Positions 12,861 through 26,609 of a stretch of 64,000 nucleotides of DNA are shown here, piece after piece. Made by a program: the position numbers and the translations under genes. Origin of the DNA: Camelus ferus (lineage: Eukaryota); contig NC_045698.1 in assembly GCF_009834535.1 (NCBI RefSeq), positions 13,208,001-13,272,000 on the forward strand. The letters run 5' to 3'. How positions within the stretch are numbered: position 1 is the stretch's first letter; every line of letters starts with the position of its first letter. The notes below the pieces were generated by a model that had not been told where the DNA came from, ran no database searches, and saw nothing but the letters and a program-made list of their open reading frames with translations.

Positions 12861-15800
12861 AAACAAAACAAAACTAGGGAAGCACCGTAGGATAGAAGAA
12901 AGAGCAGAGACGTGGAGCCATCGCAGTCTGGTGTGCATCTGAGCTAAGTCTTCGGCCAAATAATTAAGTGGATTACTTCAAGCCCAACATGTAACAAAAT
13001 AGTAGCTTAAAAAAAAGTCAGAGTTCACAATCTGGTGCATATTTGTGGAGTCGTTAAAAACTAAAACCCTGTATCTGATGACAGCCATGCTGTGAGCAGT
13101 GTCATCTCAAGCACAGACCTCATCCTTGTAATTCTTAGTGTCAGATGCCAAAAATCAGACTCAGGATTGGGTCTGTCAATGTCTACCTTAAATGTGTGAA
13201 TAATAAAACATTACATGACTGGATCTTATTAAATGCAGTGATCGTTTTTTTGCTCATCAAGACCTCAGCAACCATGGCTGAAAAAAAAAATCACTGTAGA
13301 CTGAATATTAAACCTCATGTGAGCTGGGAGAATATCCATTTGTATGGTTTAGAGCAGGAGACCTTGGATGAGTTTTTGTCTCTAAAAACAGGAGTTATTA
13401 CAGTAACAGCTTTTATATGGATGCTGATACACCTATTTCAAAATCAAGACATTGGGTGGGTTTATGTGATCTGCCCCCAAATTTGTGAAAATTTCCTGGA
13501 TGACTAAATAAGGATTGGAGAAAAAATGGAAAACAAAGACAGCTCTAAGTCCCTCTTAACTGTAGGTTTTAATAACATGGAGCTTTGAAACTTACACTAA
13601 AGAGTCATATTAATTACTGCTCTCTCGTGTATAGACAGTAACTACCACCATAATAAAACCCAGGACTTTTAGAAATTGACACATACATACACACACTTGA
13701 AAATTGGCTAGTGCTTGTATCAATACATTTATTTGTATAATTTCAAACGTTTTATGGCAGAATTTTACTGCCATAATTATAGCATTATTTTATAAACATC
13801 AAATAATAGCCATAAATCAAATTACAGCATTAACTGTATTGGAAAGATACAGTTTCTCCATTTGAGGTAAATAGCAAAATATAGTTCTATATTAACTATT
13901 TCAAAAAACAAATCATGTTCAAAATAAAAAGACAGACCAAGACATACCAATCAATTGCAATCCAAAAATATTATGTGCGTGTGAGTACGTGTGGGGGTCG
14001 TAATAGTAATAATGGCGGTTGTAGATGTTACTATAATAGACAAGGTGGCGGGAGTGGTAGCCACAATAGGGTTGCACCGTTAACAGAGGTTAAGTAGGAG
14101 ACAGAGTCTGCCGACAGAAGCTAAAGTTACAATTACATGCGATCCAATTGACCTGCCCCAGATTGGAAACTGATATATTACCTCCTAGTCCAATACCACG
14201 TGGCCAGCAGCACATCTCAGAAGAGCTAATGCCATGGTCTGAACTCAGGAACGTGTCCAAACTGAAGAGGAGTCAAGTCTCACTATTCAACCTACCTTCA
14301 GGCTTCTTAAATATTTCACTGCCTTGTCTGGACCTTGGTGTGGAGTGAGAGACACTAGGAAGCAGAGAAGGCACCTGATAAGCAGAAATAACTGACCTTG
14401 TAAGTTTTCAACTCTAGGCTGACTTCAAGGTTATCCAACAATTCGAATTTAGCACCCAAATGGAGAAGAAAGGGCTGATTGATTGTCCATGTCCTCTGGG
14501 GGCATACATACGTTTGCGTCTGTATATGTGTGTGAATATACTTAAAATGGCAGAATAAGACGTTTAACTTTTGATCTTGGAACAATAGAAGTAATTCATC
14601 ATAACTGTGCTTACAAAGTAAATCGCAGTCAAATAACAGTAGTGATCAATGAAAACCAGATAGATGAACAATGAAACAAACCAAAAGTAAACCTACTGTG
14701 CTACATATTTGTTACGAGCTTTTAAAAACTTCTGGGACCCAGAAGTACATCAAACTTTCATTGTAAAACAGATAATTTAGTTGTTAGCAACAACAAAGCT
14801 TTCCCCAAACCTAAAATGTTCAAATCTGTGTTCAGAGCACAAAAAGATAGTTTCATTGTTAAATAAGACATTAAAAAGAAATGGTCTATGAAATTAAAAC
14901 ATGAAATCAGATACAATGATAGTAAATAATGTTACAAATAATACTGGGATTTATAAAGATGAAAGTTGAAATGTATTTATTAGAAAACAAACTCCAAAAA
15001 AAAAAAAAGGAATTTATTAAAAAAAGACTAAAATCTGGTTCTTTGAAAATAAGAATGATGAATAAAGATGAATGACAATAGTTAATATGTTCTAAGACAT
15101 TCAAGAAATATATTGAAGTTGTAGAGTAATTTGAACAATAATTACTCTGAGGGAAAATAGTTTTAAATATATTAATGCACTGTGGATGTTGGAAATAAGA
15201 TTGTTCAAAAGCCTTTGTATTATTTTAGGCACTGAGTTTCACACAGAAGAATAATAATCTTCCGGAATCTTTCAGTCTACTAATTTCTTACAGATTAATT
15301 TTTAAAAACATATGTAATGTTTTTAAAGTTGTTAAAAATATTCTATTATGAATTGAAAAATAAGAAATTTAAAAAGATTTATGATTATAAAATTTAATCT
15401 GTGCTATGAAAAAATGCATTTATTGCAAGTGATGATTATGTTTTTGAGGAAAATGGGAAACAAAGAATAAATTTCAAACACTTTCTGGTCATTGATATAA
15501 TCTAAACTTAAATTGTTAGATATTATACATTTGTTCTTTACCATCTGAACTACAACTAGATAATTATATACAATTTTATGATTATTTGCATTGCATGGTT
15601 ATAAATATTATTTATTTGTGTGGATGGACTTAAAATTATTTTTATTATATATTGTCTTAATCTATATATTGTTAATTGATATCAGTATCGATTTTCAAAA
15701 ATATATCATAGAGTCAAGCACTTTCTAGAGATGTAGTGCTTTTGATTACATTAAAAAGTTTCTCAGCACAGCTAATTCACCCTTGAATGATATGATACAG

Positions 15801-16305
15801 CTTTTTTGTACTTCTAATTGAATTTTCCCTTTCTTGCTCTATTTAGTATTTTCTAAACTTTCAGTATTCTAACATGTATTGTGTTATTTCCTGTATGGAG
15901 CCATTTACACACTTTCATTTGGTCTGAAATCATCTCTGTACCTCTTTGTAGGACCCAATCCAATCCTTCTTTGCAAGAGGGACCCCAAGCCCACAGCCCT
16001 ACCCTGCCTGCCAGATAGATTTTGCTAACTTCTCCTTTGGTCTTAAATAGTTCTAATTAGCTACTAACTTACAACACTTAGGATCCATCATATGCACACT
16101 TATGTATCAAATTCGTCTTGAAAAACCCAATTATCTGGTAAACAGGGTCCTAATACCTGTATTACAACAATACCTGAGGCTGAGAAGGGTTCCATGATGC
16201 TTTAGACCTTAATTCCCATCACTCCGCTTTAAACATCAGTGGGTCTTACACCCATTTTAATGCACGGGCTGGCTTCTCTGAGTTTGTGACAAGATAGATT
16301 TAGAC

Positions 16306-16935
16306 TGTTAACAGCACTCCCCCAAGGAAGGTTTTCTTGATCCTTGTGTTGGCTGGGGACTCCAGGGGAGTTTTCTGATGGGATTCTATGCCACAAATTG
16401 TGTGATGAGTCACAAAGAAAACCAGAATATTTCATCTGCTTTAGGACATCAGAAAGAATATCTGAAAGCGTATTTGAAGCCTTCATGTTGATTTATCATT
16501 TATGTTTAAGGGCACGTGTCTAAGAGAAACATTCCATGTTCCCTCTTTGCGTGGGAAGGTCCAGGCAGTGTGCAGACAGAGGCAGGACCTAGAACACATG
16601 TCCTTATTAGGGTCTGCGGGCAGTGTGTTTTTGAGGTCCCGAGCTAAAGTCAACTGGTCAATTCAAACTAAAAGAGAGGGGTTTTGGTAAGCCTGTTGGG
16701 GGCCATATCTAAGACATACATCCGGGGAAGGCACCGGGAGACAGTGGAGACTGTTGATCACAAGCGTTGTTGGGGAAGTTACATCAAGAACTTAGATTTG
16801 CTTGTGACTCTCCAGGCTGCTTTCCAGGGCACGCACTTGTATGAGGAGCCTGTGTGAGTTTAAGGTCACTGTAGGCCACTTGGACAAAAAAGATAGGTGC
16901 TGAGGATAAGAATAGCTTAGTTCTGTCTCTCGATA
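16306..16935 (-). mobile_element. Old LTR (ERV1/MER-type), antisense
   Basis: GC-richer block starting TGTTAAC, containing CTGGTCAATTCAAAC..GTTTTGGTAAG and ACTGTTGATCACAAG..GGGGAAGT, which I recall from mammalian MER-type LTRs. Ends are uncertain. Confidence 0.55.
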
Positions 16936-17011
16936 AAAATTCACTTTTTCTCGGGTGACTAAGAACCGAGATAACTTTTATTCCTTTCTTCCTGGTAACA
17001 AGAACACTGCA

Positions 17012-17427
17012 CACAGTTATATGCCAACAAATTGGACAACCCAGGAGACAGATTTCTAGAAACATACAACCTGCCAAGACTAAATCAAGAAGAAATAGAT
17101 AATCTGAACAAACCGATCACTAGGAGTGAAATTGAATTTTTAATAAAAGATACTTCCAGCAAACTCAAGTCCAGGGTTAGAAGGCTTCACACGGGAATTC
17201 TACCAAACATATAAAAAAAGAACTTACACCTATCCTTCTCAAACTAGTCCAAAAACTGAAAAGAACAGAACACTCCCAGATTCATTTTAAGATGCCATTA
17301 CCCTGATTCCAAAACCAGGCAAAGACATTACAAAAAAAGAAAATTACAGGCCAATATTTTGATGAATATAAGGGCAAAATCCACAACAAAATATTAGCAA
17401 GCCATATCCAGCAATTTATAAAAAAGT
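17012..17427 (+). mobile_element. Internal L1 ORF2 fragment (linker to start of RT)
   Basis: Translates to ..FLETYNLPRLNQEEIDNLNKPITRSEIE.., followed by frameshifted ..ITLIPKPGKDITKKENYRPI.., both characteristic of L1 ORF2p. Confidence 0.95.
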
Positions 17428-20139
17428 TCAACTTAGGTGAACACAGGAAGGCTTCCGTAAGAACTTAGACGCAAATGAAGGCTTCTGAGACAAGATGCTC
17501 TCAGCTACAACATGGAAATCATCCTTAATTCACAATCATAACATTTGTAAAGGGCAACTGGGAGGAATTAACAACAAAGTGCATATGGAAAAGCTTTGGA
17601 AAATAGAAAGCATTGAACTAAGTGTAGAGGCTATGGCCACACTCTTGTTATTTGGTTGAGAAACTACACATCTATCCCAGTGTTTGCCAAGTGTGGGTAG
17701 GGCCAGACGTCCTCACTGAGTTTTTCAGTTCCATTGAAGACCTCTGGCTCCAATATATATATTGATGTGAACTCCCAAATTATCCTGTTCATTAGGGTTA
17801 GATTTAGAAGAACTAAGAAATGTAAAAAAAGGAACTAAACTTGTGTGAATGCAGAAAGCATTTATTGTTGGCCGTGATACTAAACTTTAGGAGATGGAAA
17901 ATTCTGAAAAATGCAAAATAAAATTAAAAAAAAAGAGGGACAGAGAATATATTTGTTGGCTGGTGGTGATACACACAGAGTATAATGAATACTAAATTCT
18001 ACATGAAAAGACACGCCCCTGTGGGAAACAGAAGGGGGGGCCGTGTGTAAAAAGCAGGAGACTCAGAATGCATGCTTCTAGGATGGAGAGTAAGAAGCAA
18101 GGTAAGCCGATCACATTTTTAAGGATGGGAAGAAAATTGTCCTGTCTCTAAGAAACACCTTGTCTATTTAGAACCCTACATAAGATTTATCTAATCTTTT
18201 GCTCTTACTTGAGTAATGAAGTAAATGTTGAGTAAAGAAATAAAATCATAATGAAATTTAAATTCACTATCAATTCTTAAAAATAAATTAAAACATATTT
18301 TAAAATTTTGTAATGACAACAAACAATTCCTTCTTTTACAAATGATAAGTTAGCAAGTGATTGTTGCTTTAATAAAAGAAAATGGCTAAGAATTTTAATA
18401 TACAATAATTAACCCAGATCATAAAGGAACAATACCATACACTCCAATGTTTAACATCAACAAGCAATAAATGACCTTGGCTAGCAATCTTAACAGAAAT
18501 GAGATGTGAATAAAAACTAATTATTTTATGAAATTTTGTTTTAACTTGGTTTTTGTAGTTAATTATTCTTCAGAACAAATATATAGTTATACTTCCAAAG
18601 AATAGGTATAAAAAGATATGTGGCTTTTTTTTTCACATTTTATGTGGCTTGAAGTGAACTGAAAAGGCTTTATATCAGGCATTTTCAACTGTATAGCTTT
18701 TCCTGATCTCAACAGGAACAGACACATTATTAATGATTTCTTGTTAAACAAATCTCACTCTCCTTGCTATGGCGTTATATTCTTTCTTTAATTAATACAT
18801 GTAGCAACAGAGAGGGACAATTATTCCTCTATTAATTTCAATTAGTTTCATGCTCAGAGAGACATCTAAAATCCTGTGTTAGTATGTTCTTTTTTTCTAG
18901 GGTATGTAATACAATTAATTACTCTTTTGGAAACACAAGTCATATTGAGACTACACAAGAGAACTTTCGCTGTTTCCTTTCTTATAAATGTAAATATTAA
19001 ACTATGTTTAAATATACAAGTAAATTATTCAGTGTATCACTCAAATGAATTAAAATATCTCCTGCCCTCAAGAGAGTGTGTGAAATTTAATTACTGTAAG
19101 ATTGATACAATGTATTTTAAATTAGAATTGTGCTTCTTTATTCATATATATGTGATACAATTCATATTTACATGATACACTTAATTCCTGTGACTATGTG
19201 CTGATAACACAGCAGATTAAAACCATGCATGTATGTATTATAAACAGGTTTGACTGAAATGGGTATTTGAATCAAATGCTTGAGGCTTGTGAAAACCATG
19301 CTTCAATACATTCCTCTTGTCTCTTAGAAGATTTGTAGAATAATAAAATTTCCGACATCAACCCAAAGTAATGGTACGCAATATGGTTTTCAAAATTTAT
19401 GGTTTCAAATGACGTTTGACAAGTGGTACCTGTCGCAGTCTCCCCTGGTTACTATGGAAATACCAAGGAGAGTAGGGGTGTTTTGTTTCACGGCAAAAAC
19501 TCACCACCTGAGAACTAAAAGCAACAGTTTATACCGTACAATTTCAGAGAAAATTCTCCCACTAGTAAAATCTTTTAAAAGTGAAAAAAATACACTGATG
19601 AAGCTTAAATGACACATAATTCAAATGAGAGGGCAGGCAGTAGACAAAAACTGATAAAGCTGTTTTGAATTTTGGAAAGCATCGTCTCCACAAATAACAG
19701 GAGATGAGCCAGAGAAAGGAATAGGTGTACCATCAGTGCTGCTGGAATTTAGACTCCTTCATTGTTGCCACCTATTCCGATTGTCTGAGGACTGTGTCGT
19801 GCCAGAAAGAGGAGAAGTGAGGGAATTCAGTCTAGTAAAGCATCATGAGTTGTGCAGCTGTGCGTCTGAGAAGAGAGGCAGTGATGCCCCTATGCTCACA
19901 GAGCTGCTCCAAGAACAAGTTGTGTCCCTCTGGGTCTCAAAAGCTCTCTCTCCATTTGAGAATATAAAGATATTTAAATAAACATGAGACTTGAAAACAC
20001 AACACCAAACAAATGAAATGGACATCTACTTAGAGATTCAGGAGACAGAGAATGTCTGGAAGTGGCAATGACTTAATCCCCAGTTCTAGGTCTTGTGTTA
20101 TGTCTACAGAGAAAAGCAAAATACACCAAAAATAAACAT

Positions 20140-20400
20140 AAATCTATACATCATGCTCATTGGTGGCTGCCAGGGACAGGGAAGAGGATGCCAGTGTGGG
20201 AGGGAGGGATTACAATTGTAGGGACTTGGGACAACTTGGGGAGGACAGACATATAGACATAGACATGGGTAGAGATACAAATGTTCAATACTTTGATTGC
20301 GTTGATTGATCTACAGGTGTTATACATGGGCCAAAATTCACTATGTGCACATTGTACACATGCAGCTTATTGTATTTCAAGTGTACCTCAATAAGGCTAG
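20140..20400 (+). mobile_element. Old L1 3' UTR relic (L1MC/MD/ME-like)
   Basis: GTGGCTGCCAGGGACAGGG..ATGTTCAATACTTTGATTG..TGCAGCTTATTGTAT..TACCTCAATAAGGCT terminus. Confidence 0.7.
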
Positions 20401-20511
20401 AAGAGTAGGAAACAAACAACTATCTTTGAGGAGCCCCTATAGCAAGCAGTATCCTCAGAAGAGAAGCAGATTTCTATTAGAGTTAGAATGTGAACAGGAT
20501 GTCCAGAGAAG

Positions 20512-21182
20512 ACTTACCATGTGATCCAGCAATCCCACTCCTGGGCATATATCCAGAAGGGATGAAAATTTGAAAAGATACATGAACCCCAAGGTTCACA
20601 GCTGTACTATTTACAATAGCCAAGACATGGAAATAACTTAAATGTCCATTGACAGAGGACTAGATAAAGGAGCTGTGGTATATTTATACAATGGAATACT
20701 ACTCAGCCATAAAAAAAGAATAAAATAATGCTGTTTGCGCAACATGGATGGATCTGAAGATTGTCCTTCTAAGTGAAGTAAGCCAGAAAGAGAAAGAAAA
20801 CTATCATGTGATATAAATCATATGTGGAATTTAAAAAAAAAGAAAAGGAAAAGAAAAGAGAAGACACCGATGAACTCATCTACAAAACAGAAACAGACTC
20901 ACAGACATGGTAAACAAACTTATGGTTACCAGGGGGAAAGGAGGTAGGAAGGGATAAATTGGGAGTTCAAGATTTGCAAATATTAACTACTATATATAAA
21001 ATAGATAAAAAAACAAATTTCTTTTATATAACACAGGGAACTATATTCAATCACTTATATAACATATAATGAAAAAGAATATGAAAATGAATATATGTAT
21101 GTATATGTATGACTGAAACATTTTACTGTACTCCAGAAACTGACACATTGTAACTGACTACACTTCAGTTAAAAAAAAAAAA
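20512..21182 (+). mobile_element. L1 3' end (ORF2 C-terminus plus 3' UTR plus poly-A), lineage-specific
   Basis: GATCCAGCAATCCCACTCCTGGGCATATATCCAG, ATGGAATACTACTCAGCCATAAAAAA, 3' UTR and an A12 tail at 21171-21182. Confidence 0.95.
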
Positions 21183-22379
21183 GAGATTATAGGGGCCATT
21201 CTGAAGGGACATGCAGTGGAAACTGTTCAGGAAATAAAAACATCAAAAACAGAAGCCAATATATACAGGAAGGAACATACGTTTAGATTATCCTTTTTCC
21301 ATATGCAATGAAAAGCTCTTATTCATTCATTTTGGGGCATGGTGACGATCATGATAGTTGATGTGGTTACAAAGAAAAAAAATCATAGAGATGTAAAATT
21401 GCTCCAATGGAAAAGTTTATCTGAATTGGGAGTTAAAGTCAATCAATATAAATTAATCTCAATATAAATGAATAATCTTTATAGCAGGGTTTATCCATAC
21501 ACATTTCAGTAGGCATGTAAATTTCCCAGTGCATCAGAAATTTAGTGTTTGAAGTTGATTAATGAGCAATTTAAATTTTAAAGTAAATTAAAACTCAGTA
21601 ATTGAAAATTTTACATTTTTAACTTAGAAAGACAAAGTAATGTTCATCAGGAAGAAATCTGATGAGTTCAAGTCCAGAGGACCGTGGGGATTCATTTCAT
21701 GTAATGGATTTTTTATGGACAGTTTTATTTTCTTTCAATGGCTTTATGGGAGATATTTCATTTTTCATTTCCCTTCATGTCATTTAGTCGGAAAGTCATT
21801 AAATGAATATGTAATGATTCCTGATTAATATTTTAAGGCTTTAAATATTTAACAATTCTGACAGAGCTATAAAACAACTTCCAATTACGCTAACATGTAA
21901 AGGCAGGGGAAAAGGTGATAGAGGAAGGAAAAAAATATTGAATAAATTGCAGGCCTATAAATTTAAATTACAATCACAAATTACTTAAATAATATCACAT
22001 TATAACCTAAAAAATAACAATCACTGGTAGAATATTACCGAGGAATCACTGTGTGATAAATGTTACCCTATGTTTCTATTAACATTGTAGAGATGTCCAG
22101 TGGTCTTACTGAGATAGTAACAAATCCTGGTGTGACTTATGCTCACTCACTGTTCAAAAGACAGAAATAATTTTCTGTATATTCATCACTAAAGGAAATG
22201 CTTGTAAAATGTGTGATAAACAATAACCCCAAATATCTATTTTGATTTAAAACACATCTTGATTAATTAGCATTCATTAATAATTATTAATTCCAAGTAT
22301 TGTGAAATATCCATGAATATTTGAGCTGTTAGGTAAAGTACAACAAATATTTAACAAAATATTAATGTCACCATGAATT

Positions 22380-22575
22380 GGCGTAGCATAATGGTGAAGA
22401 TCCTGGGCACTGGGCACTGAGCAAAGTGCCAATGTTCAAATTCTACTTCTATGAATTTCAACCTTAAAACAGTTAAAAGCTGTGGTGCCTTGGATTCTTA
22501 CCTGTAATATGGTAATAAGAGTACTTACCTGATAGAGATGTTGGGAGGATGAAATGATTAATCACACAAAAGAAA
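22380..22575 (+). mobile_element. MIR SINE
   Basis: GTAGCATAATGGTGAAGA head and core CTGTAATATGGTAATAAGAGTACTTACCTGATAGAGATGTTGGGAGGATGAAATGA. Confidence 0.75.
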
Positions 22576-23354
22576 AACATAAATAAATTCTAAGCTCACA
22601 AAAACGTTAACGACTCCTGCTGCAGTGGGGCTATTGGGTCTGGGCTTTGGACCAGATGAGATGCACAAAGCAGCAGGGGTGGTTGGGGCAATGATAAATG
22701 ATCTTGGAGTTCTTCCAGTGCCTGAAATAAACTGCAGAGTGAGGCAAGATAGATTTAATATTCATCCTCTACGTGTAAAGGCATTTGCACCCAGTGATGT
22801 GGTTACAAAGTCTGTCTACAATGGCTGGAGAGGAGCTCCTTACTTTATCATCACATTCATGTAGGGGTTTTTACAAGAAACTGAAATAGTTAATACATAC
22901 TAATCATGCAGGAACATAATGCTCTCAGTTTTTATAGGAATATTAAAAAGATTATTCAGCAAATTTTATTAACTAAAATAAATATTAGCAGTAAGATATT
23001 TATTTCAGTGTTTATGTGTCAACTACATCATAAATAAAGCATGAATAAATGTTCATTTTAGTTTAGCGTGATAATTTAAGCTCTGTTATGTAAATGATTT
23101 TCTCAGAGGAACAAATGTACTAAAATGCAAATTAAGGAGAGTTAAAATAGCGGACACATGTTTTTTTCGCTCTTTATTAGTTTGATACATTTCTAGTTAA
23201 TTACTGTATTGAAATAAATTTCAAATTATTATTAGTAATATATGCATAAATATGAAGACTATGTTCTCATAATGAATTTATTATTATACAATTAGTTCTT
23301 ATATTTATTCTTGCCTTATTTCTTTATAAAGGTTAATAGAAAAGGTATAAAGAC

Positions 23355-23907
23355 TGTTTTATAAAACAATTAGGCAGTTAGATAAGTGGGAGCATGGGGC
23401 AGATGGGTGGAGGAGAGGGAGGATGGTCGGGAAGGTGGCGTTATGCCCACTGCCAACATAAAGGGGCTTTACTTCTAAGTGAGTGCCAGCAAGAGACCAG
23501 TTAAAACCTGATAGCTGCAACTGCTCGCTAGTGAGAAGCACTTAACTGGACATGACCCGATGCTCACTGTAATATGATTAACACTGTAGTTTAGACTCCC
23601 CCAACCATGGGTTTTTCTGTGTACACCATGCAAAGGTGCCAAACATGACTAAGCCTTCCAGAGACCAGAGCAGTCAGCCAATCGAAAGACCACCTTTAAG
23701 ACAGGGTAGCAGAGAAAGGGCAGACAAAGACCATTCCTAACCTCCCTTGGATGAGCCCACCTCCCATTTTTAGAGGTGTGCTTTTCTTTTCCTAAACAAA
23801 TCCTTTAAAATCCTTCGCTACACAACACTCTCCATCTCCCATCTATAATCTTACCTTTTGGGTAAGACAGAGATTGGGGTCCTTTCCCTCTTCCTTTTGA
23901 GGTAACA
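23355..23907 (+). mobile_element. Solo LTR, ERV1-class
   Basis: TGTT...GTAACA termini, near-TSD AGAC/AAAC, CCAAT box, abrupt GC shift against the AT-rich flanks. Confidence 0.85.
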
Positions 23908-24024
23908 AAACAATAAGAAAGCAAAAAAGGGAACAAAAGATTCTTTCTAAGCGTTAAGGACAAATAAAAACAGATTTCTCATTTAGAGACAGAATTTTCA
24001 GAATTAACTTCAACACTACTAAAT

Positions 24025-24205
24025 CAGTGGTGCCCCATGCGAAATATAATGCAAACCACGTATGTCATTTTAAATTTTCTAATATCCACTGTAAAAAAAT
24101 ATATAAAATAAAATCAATTAAGTTAATTTTAGTAACATAGTATATTAAACATAGTATATCCAAAAACTACCCCTTCAACATGTAATTTATGTTAGAATTA
24201 TTAAC
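24025..24205. mobile_element. MER33-like hAT-Charlie DNA transposon fragment
   Basis: GAAATATAATGCAAACCACGTATGTCATTTTAAATTTTCTA..TTAATTTT..TATATCCAAAAA..TTCAACATGTAAT. Confidence 0.75.
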
Positions 24206-24769
24206 CTAAGGATCATGTAGAGAAACTGATGTGTCCCAAGTCATTGTGCAGTAAGTAGTGGAAACGTAACAAAAACAAATAGCATGAGTGCTGGTCTGTA
24301 CATACTCAGACTTAGTAATCCACTTCCTGTTTTCCTTGATCACTCCCAGCATCCTTGTTTTGTCTCCTTAATGTGGCTGTAAACTGCCTTGCAACAGTTA
24401 TCCTAACGCCAACCATGATGCTTAAACTTGGTAGCTACCCCAAAGCAATCGTTCCCTGTACTTCCATAAGATACTGTGTATTAAAAATGCATAATCAATA
24501 TATGGATGATTCAAAGTTGATAATATTTTTATCTCATTTTAATGTAACTGTCATTACTAAGACACTGTGCTTTTGGTACTCTGACAAATATGCAAATATA
24601 CAAAATATACCCAAAAGATCCAGTTTTACCCTTTCAGGAATTTGTAATCTACTAATAAAGACTCAGTTGTTTAACAATAGGGAAACATGAAAAATTGAGC
24701 ACTTAGATAATATTTCTAAAAAAATACACGACTAGAGAGAGAACCAGATTAATGCCAATCATGTTAAGG

Positions 24770-24949
24770 TAGGGGTTGTAACGAATATAAAAAAGCGCCC
24801 AGTTAAATTTGAATTTCTGATAAACAACAAAAATTTCAGATGAACAACAAGTAAGTTCCACGTAATCTGTGGCACATACTCATTTAAAAACTGTGTTGAC
24901 ATAAACCTCAAATTCAACAGAATATCCTCTATTTGATCTGGAAAACCTA
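24770..24949. mobile_element. MER53 palindromic hAT MITE
   Basis: TAGGG(G)TTG...GAAAACCTA termini and internal CGCCCAGTTAAATTTGAATTTC.GATAAACAAC with a decayed inverted counterpart. Confidence 0.8.
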
Positions 24950-26609
24950 TGTGCAAGACTCTTAGAGGTTTGTTTTGACTGCAGTTTCTGGTTATGACAT
25001 GGCTGCTAAAAATCCTGCGACATTAAGTCAAATGAAAATATTGTATTACAGAAGAAAAGCAATAGTTTTTATATATTGCGGGCCAATTTGTCAGTCATGC
25101 AAAGTATTTCTCGGTTCATAGTATGTTAACAGAATTATCAATATATGGGTAATGATTCAAAGTGATTTCATATGAATTATGTTGATGGAGTTGTGGAGAA
25201 GGTTTTGAAAAAGAATGGCAACCTTTTTTAACATTTCAAGGAATGTAATGTGGAAAATCACTTATTTTTTATGACTTCATATTTTTTCAAAATAAAGCAG
25301 TGATTTATAAGTCATTTTTATAATTCTTACAAAAGGTGGATGAGCATAATTCATCCCAAAGCATTTATTTCTCATTGACTATTCTCTAACTCAAGGTAAT
25401 ATGGGTTGGGGAGGGTGTGTGTGTTCTTTTAATTACAATTTAGATTTATATAATAAAGATTTGACATTCACCAAAATTATATGCATTCTGTTTCAAATGA
25501 TACATGAATTCACAGAAATGATTTGTTGTGAAATTATTAAGATATTGAATATGTGTTATATTTTAATAAATTTGATACATATTTAAAATTAACCTTGAAT
25601 AAATTTAGTAAAATTAATAAATACATTTCAAAGTTATCCTTGAATTCTATGCATACTTAAAAATCTAAGTTAATTTCATCTGAAAATACAGCAAATTTTG
25701 TTCTGTCAGATAGCTTTGAAATAAAAATGAAAGTTAAGTAAAATAATGTAACAAATCTACTGCAAGCATATCAATGTACCTTTATTTTTAAATAAAGATT
25801 ACCAGGAAAATAACTTGCCTGGAAAAAAATTTATGTTAAACAGTTATTATCACCTTTGATGATAGTCATAATCCAAAATTTAGGAAATCTAAAAACTTGT
25901 ATAAGAAATTCTCAGGTCATTTCTTGAATGTGCATTTCTTAGGTTGTTTCGCTTGAGAATACTGTCCATATGACAAGTAGTTAATACTGATGAGTTAAGG
26001 GTAATGTAATTCTTTCTTTAAAAGGTCACTGTGAGTGTAGAAATATTATTTTAGAAATTAAACAGAGAAAGGTAACTCCATGCATCTATTCTGTCATTAA
26101 CTACGAAGACTGGCTTCTGGAAGGGAATCCAGATAGAAATTTATTTTAGTACAGGTACGTATTTCCATATGGACTCAGACAACATAAATTGATTATTAAA
26201 AAGATATTTTAATAAAGGAAGTTATAATTATAGCAAATAAAGGGAGTGAGCCAATCATCATAGAATTTGATCAATTTTAAGTTAGGCATCTGGCATCCAG
26301 GTGATGCAGATTGTTCCTTTTAAAATGTAAAAGTGATGTCATTTTTAATGCACTAATTATCCTCCAGATGAAATCAAAGCACATTAACATACTATTCATC
26401 AAATGTCAACACACCCTATTCTCTTCTTGATATTCATCCCCTAACACCTTACTTGTAATCAATGCACTCTCCTCAGTGCCTTGAATGTACCTGTAAAGAT
26501 CCTTCTAACTTTACCTGGAATTTCCTTCCACCTTTTCTTTATATTTGTACCAAACTCTTCAGAATGTTACTCAGAGGTCACTTTCATGCACCCATCTACC
26601 CAGCCACTT

